From: an uncultured Gemmatimonadales bacterium
GTDB lineage: Bacteria > Gemmatimonadota > Gemmatimonadetes > Longimicrobiales > RSA9
Assembly: GCA_963741945.1 (NCBI GenBank)
Contig: CAVUKA010000001.1
Coordinates: 1,348,695 to 1,412,694 of the forward strand
Direction of reading: 5' to 3'
DNA length: 64,000 bases
Position numbers and translations under genes: made by a program. This document shows positions 1 through 10,070 of this stretch, piece by piece (the stretch's first letter is position 1; every line of letters starts with the position of its first letter). Below the pieces are notes generated by a model that did not search any database, had not been told where the DNA came from, and was given only the letters and a program-made list of their open reading frames with translations.

Positions 1-170
1 GATCACGCGGCTGCGGGCATTCGATGGGAAAACGTCTTTCGCTCGGGCCATCACGCTCCATGGCTGGGGTGTGTCAAGAAATCGTTGTCAGAACAGAAAG
101 CCTACGCGGCAGACCCTCTGCGCTGCAAGATTCATGGAAGCGAGCTGCCGACCTGGCCCGGCGGCAGGAT

Positions 171-515
171 TCACGCTTCGGAAAGTCGGTACGCGATCCA
201 GAACGTGTAAATGGCGATGGCCGTGCCCCACGGGAACTTGAGAAGATTGAACAGTCCCAGGATGACGGCCAGCACGATGACCCAGCCGCCCCAGCCGCGG
301 AGCAGCCCGATCCCGACGATGAAGTTCGGCAGCGACATGATCAGCATGAACGCCCCGGCGAAGCTCCCGATGAGTGCCATCGTGCCGAAGCCCTGGGCGC
401 TGCCGGAGAGGGCGCCGACGCCGGTGAGCAGGCCGAAGGCGGCCAGCCCCATGAGCAGGTCGAGAATTCCGAGGAAGACCTGGAGCCAGCCGAGGATCCT
501 GACATGTTTCCGCAT
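171..515 (-). CDS. Small integral membrane protein (hypothetical)
   Basis: Hydrophobic 114-aa C-terminal part of ORF 171..1391, starting MRKHVRILGWLQ; several TM-like segments. Confidence 0.7.
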   Translation of the reverse strand: MRKHVRILGWLQVFLGILDLLMGLAAFGLLTGVGALSGSAQGFGTMALIGSFAGAFMLIMSLPNFIVGIGLLRGWGGWVIVLAVILGLFNLLKFPWGTAIAIYTFWIAYRLSEA

Positions 516-580
516 GGGAATCTCCCGTTCGAGACCATCCAGCCCGCGGGAGAACCTACGGACGCCAGTACCTCTGCGCT

Positions 581-1321
581 TCAATCCGGGATGAGCGCCG
601 GCAGCGCTTCGCCGGCGGCGGCCTGGACCCACACGTCGACCATGTCCGTGAGCGCGGTGCGCGCGGGATTCACTTCGACGAGCAGGGCGCCCGCGCGCCG
701 GGCGGCGGCGGCCATGGCCCGGATGTAGCCGAATGTCGCTTCGGTCCCGATCACGAGCGCGACGTCCGCGCCGCCCGCGAGGAAGCTCTCCACGCGCAGG
801 AGCGGCGCCTCCGGCAGCATCTCGCCGAACCACACCACGGCGGGTCGCAGCGCGGCGCCGCACGCGCGGCATCGTGGTGGCCGGACCGGGAGCGGGTGCG
901 TCCGATCCTCCACCTCGCGGCCGCACCCCGTGCACCGCACGCGCCAGATGGAGCCGTGGATGTGGACCACGTCGCCGCTCCCGGCGCGCTCGTGGAGATC
1001 GTCCACGTTCTGCGTGGCCACGAGCACGTGCCTGCCGGCTCCCTCCAGCGCGGCCAGCGCCACGTGCGCCGGATTGGGCTCCGCTCCGGCCATCAGACCA
1101 CGGCGGTGTTCGTACCACTCCCACACCCGCGACGGGTCCCGGCCGAACGCTTCGGGCGTGGCGAGTCGCGTCGGGTCCTGGTTCCGCCACCATCCCTCCC
1201 GGCCCCGGAAGGTGGGGATCCCGGATTCCGCGGACACGCCCGCGCCCGTCAGGGCGATGATGCGCCCGCTGTTCCCGATCGCCGCTCTGGCCCGCGCGCG
1301 GTCCCGCTTCCGGTCGCTCAC
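581..1321 (-). CDS. cobB: NAD-dependent protein deacylase (sirtuin, CobB-like)
   Basis: Motifs LTGAGVSAESGIPTFRG, TQNVDDLHERAG, HIHGS, CxxC...CxxC, LRPAVVWFGE; GTG start inferred. Confidence 0.92.
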   Translation of the reverse strand: MSDRKRDRARARAAIGNSGRIIALTGAGVSAESGIPTFRGREGWWRNQDPTRLATPEAFGRDPSRVWEWYEHRRGLMAGAEPNPAHVALAALEGAGRHVLVATQNVDDLHERAGSGDVVHIHGSIWRVRCTGCGREVEDRTHPLPVRPPRCRACGAALRPAVVWFGEMLPEAPLLRVESFLAGGADVALVIGTEATFGYIRAMAAAARRAGALLVEVNPARTALTDMVDVWVQAAAGEALPALIPD

Positions 1322-1430
1322 CCCGGCATCTTGTCGCCCGCGCAGTCGAGGCGCCAGCGCGTTGTCGGCGCCTCGAACGATCCTTGCGCACCTGTACCGG
1401 TGGAGCGCATCACGATGGGAGGATGGGAGG

Positions 1431-1949
1431 ATGATCATGGACGCAGCCTGTTTCCGCCGATTCGTCACGTTCACCAGTGTGGCCATGCTGGTCACCCTCG
1501 GCGCGTGCGGCTCGCCGGAGGACCAGCCGCAGCGGCCGCCTGCCGAGGAGCTGCAGTCGTTCCGGCCGGCGGCCGCTGCCGAGTTCCCGAACGCGCCGAG
1601 CCGCACGGTCGCGCGGGCGGTCGACCGCGCGGCACTGAACGTCGAGGAAGGAGAGGCGACGTTCTACGCGGACACGTTCGAAGGCAAGCAGACGGCCAGC
1701 GGGCGGCCGTTCGCCCAGGCGGAGATGGTAGCCGCGCACCGCGCATTCCCGTTCGGCACCCGTCTGCGGGTCACCAATCTCCGGAACCAGAGGCGGGCGG
1801 AAGTCACGGTGGTGGATCGCGGGCCCTACGGCGGCCATGGCCGGCTGACGCCCATCATCGATCTCTCCTCCGCCGCCGCTCGGGAGCTCGGATTCCGGCG
1901 CGCTGGCCGTGCGCGTGTCAGGGTGGAAGTCATGGAATGGGGGCCGTGA
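1431..1949 (+). CDS. rlpA: RlpA-family septal lytic transglycosylase lipoprotein (DPBB domain)
   Basis: Lipobox LGAC; motifs GEATFY, TASG, AAHRAFPFGT, VVDRGPY, IIDLSSAAA. Confidence 0.85.
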   Translation: MIMDAACFRRFVTFTSVAMLVTLGACGSPEDQPQRPPAEELQSFRPAAAAEFPNAPSRTVARAVDRAALNVEEGEATFYADTFEGKQTASGRPFAQAEMVAAHRAFPFGTRLRVTNLRNQRRAEVTVVDRGPYGGHGRLTPIIDLSSAAARELGFRRAGRARVRVEVMEWGP

Positions 1950-2063
1950 CCCGCAGGCCGGCGGAGCACAGACCGGGCGGATCTGGGGTCGGACTGTGGA
2001 ACTCGATGGGATACGGCGTCCTCCCGGTTCGCGCGTCCGGGCGCACCCCCACCCCACAGATCT

Positions 2064-2210
2064 CACGAAGGCCACGAACGCCACGAAGGCCACCAAGAAA
2101 AAAGAATCCGGCGCTTCTGATGCCCCGGCCCGACCCCAACCGGGAGGAAACCAGAAATCCCCGCAATTCCGGCTTTCCCCCCTTCGTGTTGTCCTTCGTG
2201 TCCTTCGTGT
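2064..2210. repeat. Inverted pair of short tandem CACGAAG / CTTCGTG arrays
   Basis: CACGAAGGCCACGAACGCCACGAAGG at 2064-2090 faces CCTTCGTGTTGTCCTTCGTGTCCTTCGTG at 2181-2209, in an intergenic region between convergent genes. Confidence 0.65.
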
Positions 2211-2271
2211 CAAAACCGAACGTCGGGCCGCCCCCCGCCCCAGCCCCCAGCCCCCCGCCCCCCCCCGGAAA

Positions 2272-2312
2272 CACGAAGGAGCGGCGCCCCCGATCCCCGG
2301 GAACGCCGCTCC
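2272..2312 (-). terminator. Probable intrinsic terminator of the M13 peptidase gene
   Basis: Stem GGAGCGGCG (2278-2286) / CGCCGCTCC (2304-2312), followed by TTCGTGTTT on the minus strand. Confidence 0.5.
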
Positions 2313-2359
2313 TCACGGGGGCGCCGAACGCGCCGACGCCCCCCCCCGTCAGCCCGTCC

Positions 2360-4432
2360 TCACCAGATCTTCACGCGCTGATCGGGCGCCACGTACATCC
2401 CGTCCCCGGGCTGTACGTCGAACGCGGCATCGAACGCCGGGAGGTGCCGCACGATGCCGTTGGTGCGGAACTCCCCGGGCGAGTGCGGGTCGGTCATGAT
2501 CCGGTTGCGCAGTGCCGGGTCCGTGTAGAGGGTGCGCCAGATCTGGGCCCACCCCATGAAGAAGCGCTGATCGCCCGTCAGCCCGTCGATGGTCGGAGCC
2601 TGCTTCCCGCCGACGGCGATCCTGTACGCGTTGTACGCCACGGTCAGGCCGGACAGGTCGCCAATGTTCTCGCCCAGCGTGGTCTGTCCGTTCAGGTGCA
2701 GACCCGGGAGCGGCTCGTAGGCGCCATACTGCTTGATCAGCATGTCGGCGCGCTCCTGGAACGCCGACGCGTCATCGGCCGTCCACCAGTCCCGCAGGTT
2801 CCCCTCGCCGTCCGACTTCCGACCCTGGTCATCGAAGCCATGGCTGATCTCGTGACCGATCACCGCGCCGATGGCACCGTAGTTCACCGCGTCGTCCGCG
2901 GCGAAGTTGAAGAACGGCGGCTGCAGGATGGCGGCGGGGAACACGACCTCGTTCATGACGGGGTTGTAGTACGCGTTCACCATGTAGGGCGGCATGCCCC
3001 ACTCGCTGCGGTCCACGGGCTTGCCCAGGCGGCTGATGTTGTCCTCGTAGCGGAAGTCGCGGACGCGCCGGAGGTTCGCCATCAGGTCACCTTCCCGGAT
3101 GTCGAGCCCGGAGTAGTCCTCCCACTTGTCCGGGTAGCCGATCTTGGGCGTGAAGCTCGCCAGCTTCTTCTTCGCTTCCGCCTTCGTTGCGGGGCTCATC
3201 CACGCCAGCTGGTCGATCCCGCGGTCGAACGCCCGCAGGAGGTTGTGCACCAGCGTATCCATTCGCGCCTTCGCCTCGGGCGTGAAATGCCGTTCGACGT
3301 ACAGCCGGCCCAGCACGTCCCGCACGGATCCGCCCACCAGGCCCACGCCATTCTTCCAGCGCGGGCGCTGCTCGGAGATCCCCTGCAGCACGCGGCCGTT
3401 GAAGTCGAAGCTGGCGTCCACGAAGCTCGAGCTGAGCATCGGCGCCGTGGCATCCAGGAGGTGGAACGCTTCGTACGCTTTCCACGTCTCGATCGGCGCC
3501 GAGCGCACGATCTCCGGCAATGCCTCGAAGTACGTGGGCTGCGCCATGACCACTTCGGCCGCCGCCTCGAGCCCGGCGGCATCCAGGTACGCCGAAAGGT
3601 CCACGTCGCCCATCAGCGAGTCCGCTGCCGCCACCGTCATCTTGTTGTACGTGGCATCGCGGTCGCGGTTCTGGATCCGGGTCCAGTGCCGTTCCGCGAT
3701 CGCCTTCTCGAGGTCGAACACCTTGCCGGCCTCCGATTCCGCGTTCGGCCAGCCGCCCAACGCGAGCATCCGGGCGATATGGCCGCGGTATGCCTCGCGG
3801 AGCTGGTCGAACTGGTCGCCGTCGCGGAAGTAGTAGTCCCGGTCCGGGAGCCCGAGCCCGCGCTGCCCCAGGTAGGTGATGTACCGATCCGACTGCTTCT
3901 GGTCCACCGACACCCGCGAGCCGAACGGCGCCGCGCCCCCGGTGCGCGCCGCGTCGCCCCAGTACGTCGGCAGGTCCGCGTAGCTCTTCACCTCCGCGAT
4001 GCGATCCAGCTCGGGACGGATCGCCTCAACGCCCAGCGCGTTGATCCGGGCCGTGTCCATGAAGCTGCGATAGAGCGCCCCCACCTTCTGCTGGTCGCTT
4101 CCCGCCGGCGCATCCCCCGCGCTCGCGGCTTCCTCGACGATCTCCTTCAGGTCCTGCTCCGCTTGGTCCGACAGCTCCGTGAACGAGCCATAGCTCGAAC
4201 GGTCGGACGGGATCGCCGTATTCTCCAGCCAGCCACCGTTCACGTAACGGTAGAAATCGTCCTGCGGCCGCACGCTCGTGTCGAAATTCTCCAGCCCGAT
4301 CCCGCTCACCAGTCCCGACGCGGGCGACGATCCGACCGCCGCCGGCGTGGTCCGGACTTCCGGCTTCGCGCACGCCGCCGCGACCACCGTCGCAATGACC
4401 AGCGCGGCCGTCCTGCCGATGCTCCCTCGCAT
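2360..4432 (-). CDS. M13-family (neprilysin/PepO-like) zinc metalloendopeptidase, likely lipoprotein
   Basis: Motifs VNAYY, HEISH, GENIGD, DPHSP; N-terminal signal ending AAAC. Confidence 0.95.
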   Translation of the reverse strand: MRGSIGRTAALVIATVVAAACAKPEVRTTPAAVGSSPASGLVSGIGLENFDTSVRPQDDFYRYVNGGWLENTAIPSDRSSYGSFTELSDQAEQDLKEIVEEAASAGDAPAGSDQQKVGALYRSFMDTARINALGVEAIRPELDRIAEVKSYADLPTYWGDAARTGGAAPFGSRVSVDQKQSDRYITYLGQRGLGLPDRDYYFRDGDQFDQLREAYRGHIARMLALGGWPNAESEAGKVFDLEKAIAERHWTRIQNRDRDATYNKMTVAAADSLMGDVDLSAYLDAAGLEAAAEVVMAQPTYFEALPEIVRSAPIETWKAYEAFHLLDATAPMLSSSFVDASFDFNGRVLQGISEQRPRWKNGVGLVGGSVRDVLGRLYVERHFTPEAKARMDTLVHNLLRAFDRGIDQLAWMSPATKAEAKKKLASFTPKIGYPDKWEDYSGLDIREGDLMANLRRVRDFRYEDNISRLGKPVDRSEWGMPPYMVNAYYNPVMNEVVFPAAILQPPFFNFAADDAVNYGAIGAVIGHEISHGFDDQGRKSDGEGNLRDWWTADDASAFQERADMLIKQYGAYEPLPGLHLNGQTTLGENIGDLSGLTVAYNAYRIAVGGKQAPTIDGLTGDQRFFMGWAQIWRTLYTDPALRNRIMTDPHSPGEFRTNGIVRHLPAFDAAFDVQPGDGMYVAPDQRVKIW

Positions 4433-4570
4433 TGATCCTCTTCCTCTGATCTGGTCCGCCGAGCCGGCCGGGTAGCCGGCCCTCTGCCGTACCCCCGTCG
4501 AACCGACAGGGTCGCCGCCGTCCCAGACGTTGGACGCATCGGCCGGCCGGAATGTTGGAGGCGCAGGCCC

Positions 4571-5221
4571 TCAGCGGACCAGCACCCCCTCGATCCGCGG
4601 TGCGGTGGGTGGGAAGAACGTGTCGTCCCGGTAGGTCGAGAGCGGCGATGTGTCGAACCCGGCATCAGCCAGGATCCCCGCCGTGTCCCGGTCCAGGTGG
4701 CACCCGACCGCCAGACGGGTCCACGCCGGGTCCAGACGCTCCTGCCATCGGGACAATGCGGTGCCCGGCTCCGCGGCCACGTGCTCCAGCACCAGCAGCC
4801 GCCCGCCCGGCCGCAGCACCCGCCGCGCTTCCGCCGCGGCCGCGCCCGGGTCGGGCACCGTGCACAGCGTCAGGAACGCCACGACGGTGTCGAAGCTGCC
4901 ATCCTCGAACGGCAGCCTCTGCGCGTCCGCCTCCTCCAGCGTCACCCGGTACGGGAGCTCCGGCCCCGACCGGGCGCGAAGACGCCGGAGCCGGCGCTCC
5001 GCCCGGCGCAACACCGCCCGGTGTGGATCGATCCCGACCACCTCCCGCACCCCCGCCGGATACAGGCCCAGACCCGCTCCCGTGCCCACCCCGATCTCCA
5101 GCACCCGCCCGGTGGCGTGTTCCAGCAGCGCACGGCGGCGCTCGTCGAAATGCCCCGACACCCACTCCAGCAGGTGCGGGAACACGCGGTCCGTGTAGAA
5201 CGAGCCCTTCCGCTCAGCCAT
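4571..5221 (-). CDS. Class I SAM-dependent methyltransferase
   Basis: Motifs VLEIGVGTG, LPFEDGSFDTVV, VLRPGG. Confidence 0.9.
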   Translation of the reverse strand: MAERKGSFYTDRVFPHLLEWVSGHFDERRRALLEHATGRVLEIGVGTGAGLGLYPAGVREVVGIDPHRAVLRRAERRLRRLRARSGPELPYRVTLEEADAQRLPFEDGSFDTVVAFLTLCTVPDPGAAAAEARRVLRPGGRLLVLEHVAAEPGTALSRWQERLDPAWTRLAVGCHLDRDTAGILADAGFDTSPLSTYRDDTFFPPTAPRIEGVLVR

Positions 5222-5399
5222 GCCAGGCCATCTCCCGGGAATCGCGAACCCCTTCCTTCACTCCACCCCCATCGTAACGGATTCCATGACGACCGGCCTC
5301 CGGCGCAAGCCCCGCGCCGCCGACGGCGGCGGGGTGTGCTATGGCGCGGTCGGGACCCCGGCCGCAGCTTTCACGAAACGTTCCTGCGGAGGAATCGCG

Positions 5400-6011
5400 A
5401 TGAAGGCGAGAACAATGGTGGTGGTGGCCGCGCTGCTTGCCACGGGTGGTGTCACGGCCGCATGTGCCGGTGGCGGGGATCCGGGGATGAGCGAGGACAC
5501 GAGGGCGGCGGTGGCGGAGGCGGGTGATACGGCCGCCATGACCCTGGTCCGTACGTTGGGCGGACGGCTGAACGCGGCGCTGGCCAACGGCGGTCCGGCC
5601 GAAGCCGTGGCGTTCTGCTCCGGAGAGGCGCAAACGCTCACGGACAGTGTGTCGCAGTCGCTGGGGCCGGGCTGGGAGGTCAAGCGCACCACGCTGCGCA
5701 CGCGGAACCCGAAGAACGCGCCGGACTCCCTGGAAGCGGAAGCGCTGGAGTACTTCGCGGCGCGGCAGGAGGAGGCGAGTCCGCCATCGTCCTACGTGCA
5801 GCGGACGCCGGCCGGCAGCTACCGGTACTACATGCCGCTGCGCATCGGGCACATGTGCCTGGAATGCCACGGCGAGGCGGCGACGCTGGACCCTGCGGTG
5901 CGCGAAGTCCTGTCGGAGCGTTATCCGCTGGACCAGGCCACGGGCTACCATGAGGGCGATTTCCGGGGCGTGGTACGGGTCACGGTTCCGCCGGAGGCGG
6001 TGGGACGGTAG
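5400..6011 (+). CDS. DUF3365/Tll0287-like c-type heme lipoprotein
   Basis: Signal peptide with AAC; RNPKNAPD; single CLECH heme motif; YPLDQATGY. Confidence 0.8.
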   Translation: MKARTMVVVAALLATGGVTAACAGGGDPGMSEDTRAAVAEAGDTAAMTLVRTLGGRLNAALANGGPAEAVAFCSGEAQTLTDSVSQSLGPGWEVKRTTLRTRNPKNAPDSLEAEALEYFAARQEEASPPSSYVQRTPAGSYRYYMPLRIGHMCLECHGEAATLDPAVREVLSERYPLDQATGYHEGDFRGVVRVTVPPEAVGR

Positions 6012-6024
6012 CGGGCGGCGCGCG

Positions 6025-7056
6025 ATGACCGGATCTCCCCAGGAGTCGGTGACGCACCCGGAAGAGCCGTGTCGCAACTGTGGCGACCCGACGCCGGGGC
6101 AGTACTGCCCCACGTGCGGGCAGCGCAAGACGGATGTCCGCGTGTCGGTCCGCACCATGCTCCTGGACGTGCTGGAGGACCAGTTCGTCCTGGACAAGCG
6201 GCTCCCGCGCACCCTGGCGGGGCTCTTCCTCCACCCCGGCTTTCTGACCGTGGAGCACATCGCCGGGCGCATCGTGCGCTACGTACGCCCGCTCAAGCTC
6301 TACCTGGCCGGCAGCGTGATCTTCTTTCTCGCCCTCTCCTTCTTCAGCCTGAGGGCGCTGGAGCGGGCGGACTTCGATGAAACAGGGCCGGAAGCGGCGG
6401 CGGCTTCGGACTCGGCGGCGATCGCGCGGATGGACGTGCTGCTCGCCGACTCGTCGCTCCCCGACGCCACCCGGGCCACGATCCGCGGCTCCCGGGACAG
6501 CCTGCTGGCCCGGCTGGAAGGCGCCGATACGGCCGCCACGCCGGACACGTCGGTGGTGAGCGACCGCTGGCTCAGGATCGTGCCGGTGCACACGGGCATC
6601 GACCAGGTGGACTCCGTGCTCACGCGGCGGATCCGGGAGCTCGGGGCGATGCAGCCGCGGCAGGCGGTGCAGCGGGTCGCCCGCGGCTTCTTCGGCTACA
6701 TCCCCACCGTCATGTTCATCCTGCTGCCGATCTTCGCCCTCGTGCTGAAGCTCCTCTACATCCGCCAGGGTCGCTATTACGCGGAGCATTTCGTCTTTCT
6801 GCTCCACGCTCATTCGTTCCTCTTCCTGATCTTCACGGCGATGCTGCTCATCGGGCAGGCGGGGCTTCTGGGCGGCTGGGTCGAGCTGGGGCTCTTCATC
6901 TGGATCGGCGTCTATCTCCTGCTCGCCATGCGCCGCGTCTATGGCCAGGGGTGGGGCATGACGTTCGTGAAATGGTGGTCGCTGGCCTGGATCTATTTCT
7001 GGGTGCTCGTGGCCACCGTGCCCCTCGCCTTCATGGCGACGATCCTCCTGGCCTGA
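6025..7056 (+). CDS. DUF3667-domain membrane protein
   Basis: N-terminal CRNCG...YCPTCGQ zinc ribbon, HPGFLT, RYVRPLKLY; C-terminal TM helices. Confidence 0.8.
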   Translation: MTGSPQESVTHPEEPCRNCGDPTPGQYCPTCGQRKTDVRVSVRTMLLDVLEDQFVLDKRLPRTLAGLFLHPGFLTVEHIAGRIVRYVRPLKLYLAGSVIFFLALSFFSLRALERADFDETGPEAAAASDSAAIARMDVLLADSSLPDATRATIRGSRDSLLARLEGADTAATPDTSVVSDRWLRIVPVHTGIDQVDSVLTRRIRELGAMQPRQAVQRVARGFFGYIPTVMFILLPIFALVLKLLYIRQGRYYAEHFVFLLHAHSFLFLIFTAMLLIGQAGLLGGWVELGLFIWIGVYLLLAMRRVYGQGWGMTFVKWWSLAWIYFWVLVATVPLAFMATILLA

Positions 7057-8236
7057 CGCCGCCCTCCCCCGCCCGCCGCAGCCGGTCCAGCGAGTACTCC
7101 GTCCCCCGCCATTCGATGGAGCCGCGGGACACCGCGCGCAGCGCTGCGGCCCACACGATCCAGAGGAACGTGGCCGCGGCCAGCGGATACGCCGCGCCGG
7201 TCCACGCCGGCAGCCCGTACTCCCGGGCGATGGCCCCCGTGATCACGGCGCCCGTGAGCAGCACGGTCAGGTTCAGCCACCACGTTGCGCCCGTGGTGAC
7301 GAGGAGCGCCGTCAGCGGCCAGAAGATCAGCAGCAGCGGGAGCACTGTGCCCGCGGCGACCAGGGAAAGGCGGTAGCGCGCCACGGCGAAGACGTTCTTG
7401 CGGAGCCCCCGCGCCATGGCCCCGACGGAAGGGTACCATTCCACTTCCACGCGCCCCGCGCCGGACGCCGCCGCCTGCCGGTACCCGGCGCGTTTGAGGG
7501 CACGGCCCAGCCGGACGTCATCGTCCGGGCGCAGCGCCACGGTCCGGTGCCCGCCCACGGCGCGGTAGGCGTCCGCCCGCACCAGGTTGAACGCGCCCAC
7601 GCCGATGAACCAGGGACTCCGCGGATCGGCGGCCTTCCACGGCCGGAAGAACGTCGAGAAGACCACCACGAAGACCGCCACCACGGCCCGCGCCCACGGG
7701 CTTCCGGCATCGAGCCGCGGCGCCACGGCCAGGTGGTCCAGCCGCCGGTCCAGCAGCAGGGCCACGGCGCTGCGGAGCGCGTCCGGCTTCATCAGGACGT
7801 CGGCATCCGTGAACAGGATCAGCTCGCCCGTGGCCATCTCCGCCCCCCGCTGCAGCGCGTGGTTCTTCCCCAGCCACCCGTCGGGCAGCTCCCGGACATG
7901 GAGGACCCGCAGGCGAGGATGGCCCATCTGGTCCAGGATCTCGCCCGTCCCGTCGGTGGAGCGGTCGTCCACGGCCACGACATCGAAGTCCGGGTAGTCC
8001 TGACGCAGGAGAGTGAGCGCGGCCCGGGCGATGTGGAGGGCCTCGTCGCGGGCGGCCACCACGATGGAAACGGTGGGGAGCGCTCCAGGCCCGGGGCTCG
8101 GCGCGTCCCCGAGCCGCGGGAGCGACGCGAGGCCGCGCACGAGGTCGAGCCCGAGGAGCAGGCTGGCAGCGCACGTGACCAGGGCCAGGACCAGGAACAG
8201 GGCGGAAATCAGCGGGAGCCCTCCGTCGCCGGCTAA
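7031..8236 (-). CDS. Family 2 glycosyltransferase with C-terminal TM segments (start uncertain)
   Basis: Motifs VSIVVAARDE, VDDRSTDGT, GWLGKNHAL, LFTDAD, DDVRLG. Confidence 0.85.
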   Translation of the reverse strand, partial: LAGDGGLPLISALFLVLALVTCAASLLLGLDLVRGLASLPRLGDAPSPGPGALPTVSIVVAARDEALHIARAALTLLRQDYPDFDVVAVDDRSTDGTGEILDQMGHPRLRVLHVRELPDGWLGKNHALQRGAEMATGELILFTDADVLMKPDALRSAVALLLDRRLDHLAVAPRLDAGSPWARAVVAVFVVVFSTFFRPWKAADPRSPWFIGVGAFNLVRADAYRAVGGHRTVALRPDDDVRLGRALKRAGYRQAAASGAGRVEVEWYPSVGAMARGLRKNVFAVARYRLSLVAAGTVLPLLLIFWPLTALLVTTGATWWLNLTVLLTGAVITGAIAREYGLPAWTGAAYPLAAATFLWIVWAAALRAVSRGSIEWRGTEYSLDRLRRAGEGGVRPGGSSP

Positions 8237-8643
8237 CGCCGCCGCTCCACGCGCCGGACCACGGTGGCGTGCAGCAGCAGGAGGAGTCCGAGCACCGCCA
8301 CGCCCGAGGGGTAGACCAGCCACCACTCCTGGAGGAAATGGCGGTGGCCCCAGATGCCGGACGTGGTCAGGTCCCACACCAGCGTCCACGCCAGGATCCA
8401 GACGAGCAGCGGCAGCCACTGGCGCACCACGTCAGCCACCGAGCCGACCCGCATGGCCGGGAACCAGAACGCCACGACCAGGATGGCGGCGTTCAGGGCG
8501 TAGACCCCGGGCAGCGCGCCCTGGTCTCCGCCGGCAGCGGCGAAGTACCCGGACACGAGGACCACGGCCAGGAGCGAGGCCGCCACACCCCGCCGTCCGC
8601 GCCACACCTCGATGCCGTCACTGCCGCCTGTCCGAGAATCCAT
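8233..8643 (-). CDS. Hypothetical membrane protein
   Basis: About 4 hydrophobic segments; co-oriented between ispG and the GT2 gene. Confidence 0.6.
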   Translation of the reverse strand: MDSRTGGSDGIEVWRGRRGVAASLLAVVLVSGYFAAAGGDQGALPGVYALNAAILVVAFWFPAMRVGSVADVVRQWLPLLVWILAWTLVWDLTTSGIWGHRHFLQEWWLVYPSGVAVLGLLLLLHATVVRRVERRR

Positions 8644-8686
8644 GGGTCTCCGGTTCCCCCTCACCTCTCTGCAGGGCGCGCCCCCG

Positions 8687-9898
8687 CTACCGTCGGGCGA
8701 AGCGCCGCTCCACGTATCGGTCGAGGATCACTTTGAACTCCTCCACCAGGCCTTCTCCCTTCAGCGTGGTGTAGAGCTCGCCATCCACGTACACGGGCGC
8801 CTTCGGCTCTTCGAACGTGCCCGGCAGGCTGATCCCGATGTGGGCGTGCTTCGACTCGCCCGGCCCGTTCACCACGCAGCCCATCACGGCCAGCCGGAGC
8901 TCCTCCACGCCCGGGTACAGGACCCGCCATTCGGACATCCGGTCGCGCGTGTACGCCTGGATCTCCTCCGCCATCTTCTGGAAGAACGTGCTCGTGGTCC
9001 GGCCGCAGCCGGGGCACGAGGTCACCTGCGGCACGAAGCTCCGGATCCCCAGGGACTGCAGGATCTGCTGCGCCACGCGAACCTCCTCGGCGCGGTCACC
9101 CCCGGGACGGGGCGTGAGCGAAACGCGGATGGTGTCGCCGATCCCCTCCTGGAGCAGGATGCTCAGCCCGGCCGTGGTGGCGACCACGCCCTTCGTCCCC
9201 ATCCCCGCTTCCGTGAGCCCGAGGTGCAGCGGGTAGTCGCACCTGGACGCCAGCTTCCGATAGATCTCCACCAGGTCCTGGACACCGCTCACCTTCGCGC
9301 TCAACACGATCCGGTCGTGCTCCAGCCCCGTCTCCTCGGCCAGCGCGGCGGAGCGGAGCGCGCTCTCGATCATCGCCTCCATCATCACGCTGCGCGCGTT
9401 CAGCGGCGCCGCGCTGCGCGCGTTGGCGTCCATCATCTCGGTGAGCAGCTGCTGGTCCAGCGAGCCCCAGTTCACGCCGATGCGCACCGGCTTTCCCCGG
9501 TCCACGGCGATCCGGACGATGGTCTGGAAGTTCTCGTCGCGACGCTTCGCCCCCACGTTCCCCGGGTTGATCCGGTACTTGGCCAGCGCGTCCGCCGCTC
9601 CCGGGTGCCGCGCCAGCAGCAGGTGGCCGTTGTAGTGGAAGTCGCCCACGATCGGGACGTTCAGCCCCGCGTCGGCCAGACGGGCGACGATCTCCGGCAC
9701 CGCCCGCGCCGCCTCGTCATTGTTCACCGTCACCCGCACCAGCTGGCTGCCGGACCCGCGCAGCAACGCCACCTGCTCCGCCGTGGCCGCCGCATCCGCG
9801 GTGTCCGTGTTGGTCATGGACTGGACCACAATCGGGTGAGTCGAGCCCACCATCACGCCACCCACGTCCACCGCCACCGTCTGCCGTCGCTCGATCAC
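8687..9898 (-). CDS. ispG: (E)-4-hydroxy-3-methylbut-2-enyl-diphosphate synthase
   Basis: Motifs [54 protein letters not shown]. Confidence 0.97.
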   Translation of the reverse strand: MIERRQTVAVDVGGVMVGSTHPIVVQSMTNTDTADAAATAEQVALLRGSGSQLVRVTVNNDEAARAVPEIVARLADAGLNVPIVGDFHYNGHLLLARHPGAADALAKYRINPGNVGAKRRDENFQTIVRIAVDRGKPVRIGVNWGSLDQQLLTEMMDANARSAAPLNARSVMMEAMIESALRSAALAEETGLEHDRIVLSAKVSGVQDLVEIYRKLASRCDYPLHLGLTEAGMGTKGVVATTAGLSILLQEGIGDTIRVSLTPRPGGDRAEEVRVAQQILQSLGIRSFVPQVTSCPGCGRTTSTFFQKMAEEIQAYTRDRMSEWRVLYPGVEELRLAVMGCVVNGPGESKHAHIGISLPGTFEEPKAPVYVDGELYTTLKGEGLVEEFKVILDRYVERRFARR

Positions 9899-10070
9899 GC
9901 TCTGTTTCCTGCGAAGTCCATTGGGAGCGCCGGGAAGCTACCCGGCGGCTCGGGCCGGACCAGGTGATACACCGCGCGCGCGCCCGGGCTCCGCCCCCAC
10001 ACGGGCGAGCTCGGCCCGCACGTGGCCCGGCCCTGGCGACGCCATGACGCCATCCTCCCGAGGGCCGCCC

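Noticed and set aside
896-4435. 1179-aa plus-strand ORF and similar long Arg/Pro/Gly-rich ORFs (29623-32010, 35429-38215, 56260-57873)
   Set aside because: Shadow ORFs antisense to well-supported genes in high-GC DNA.
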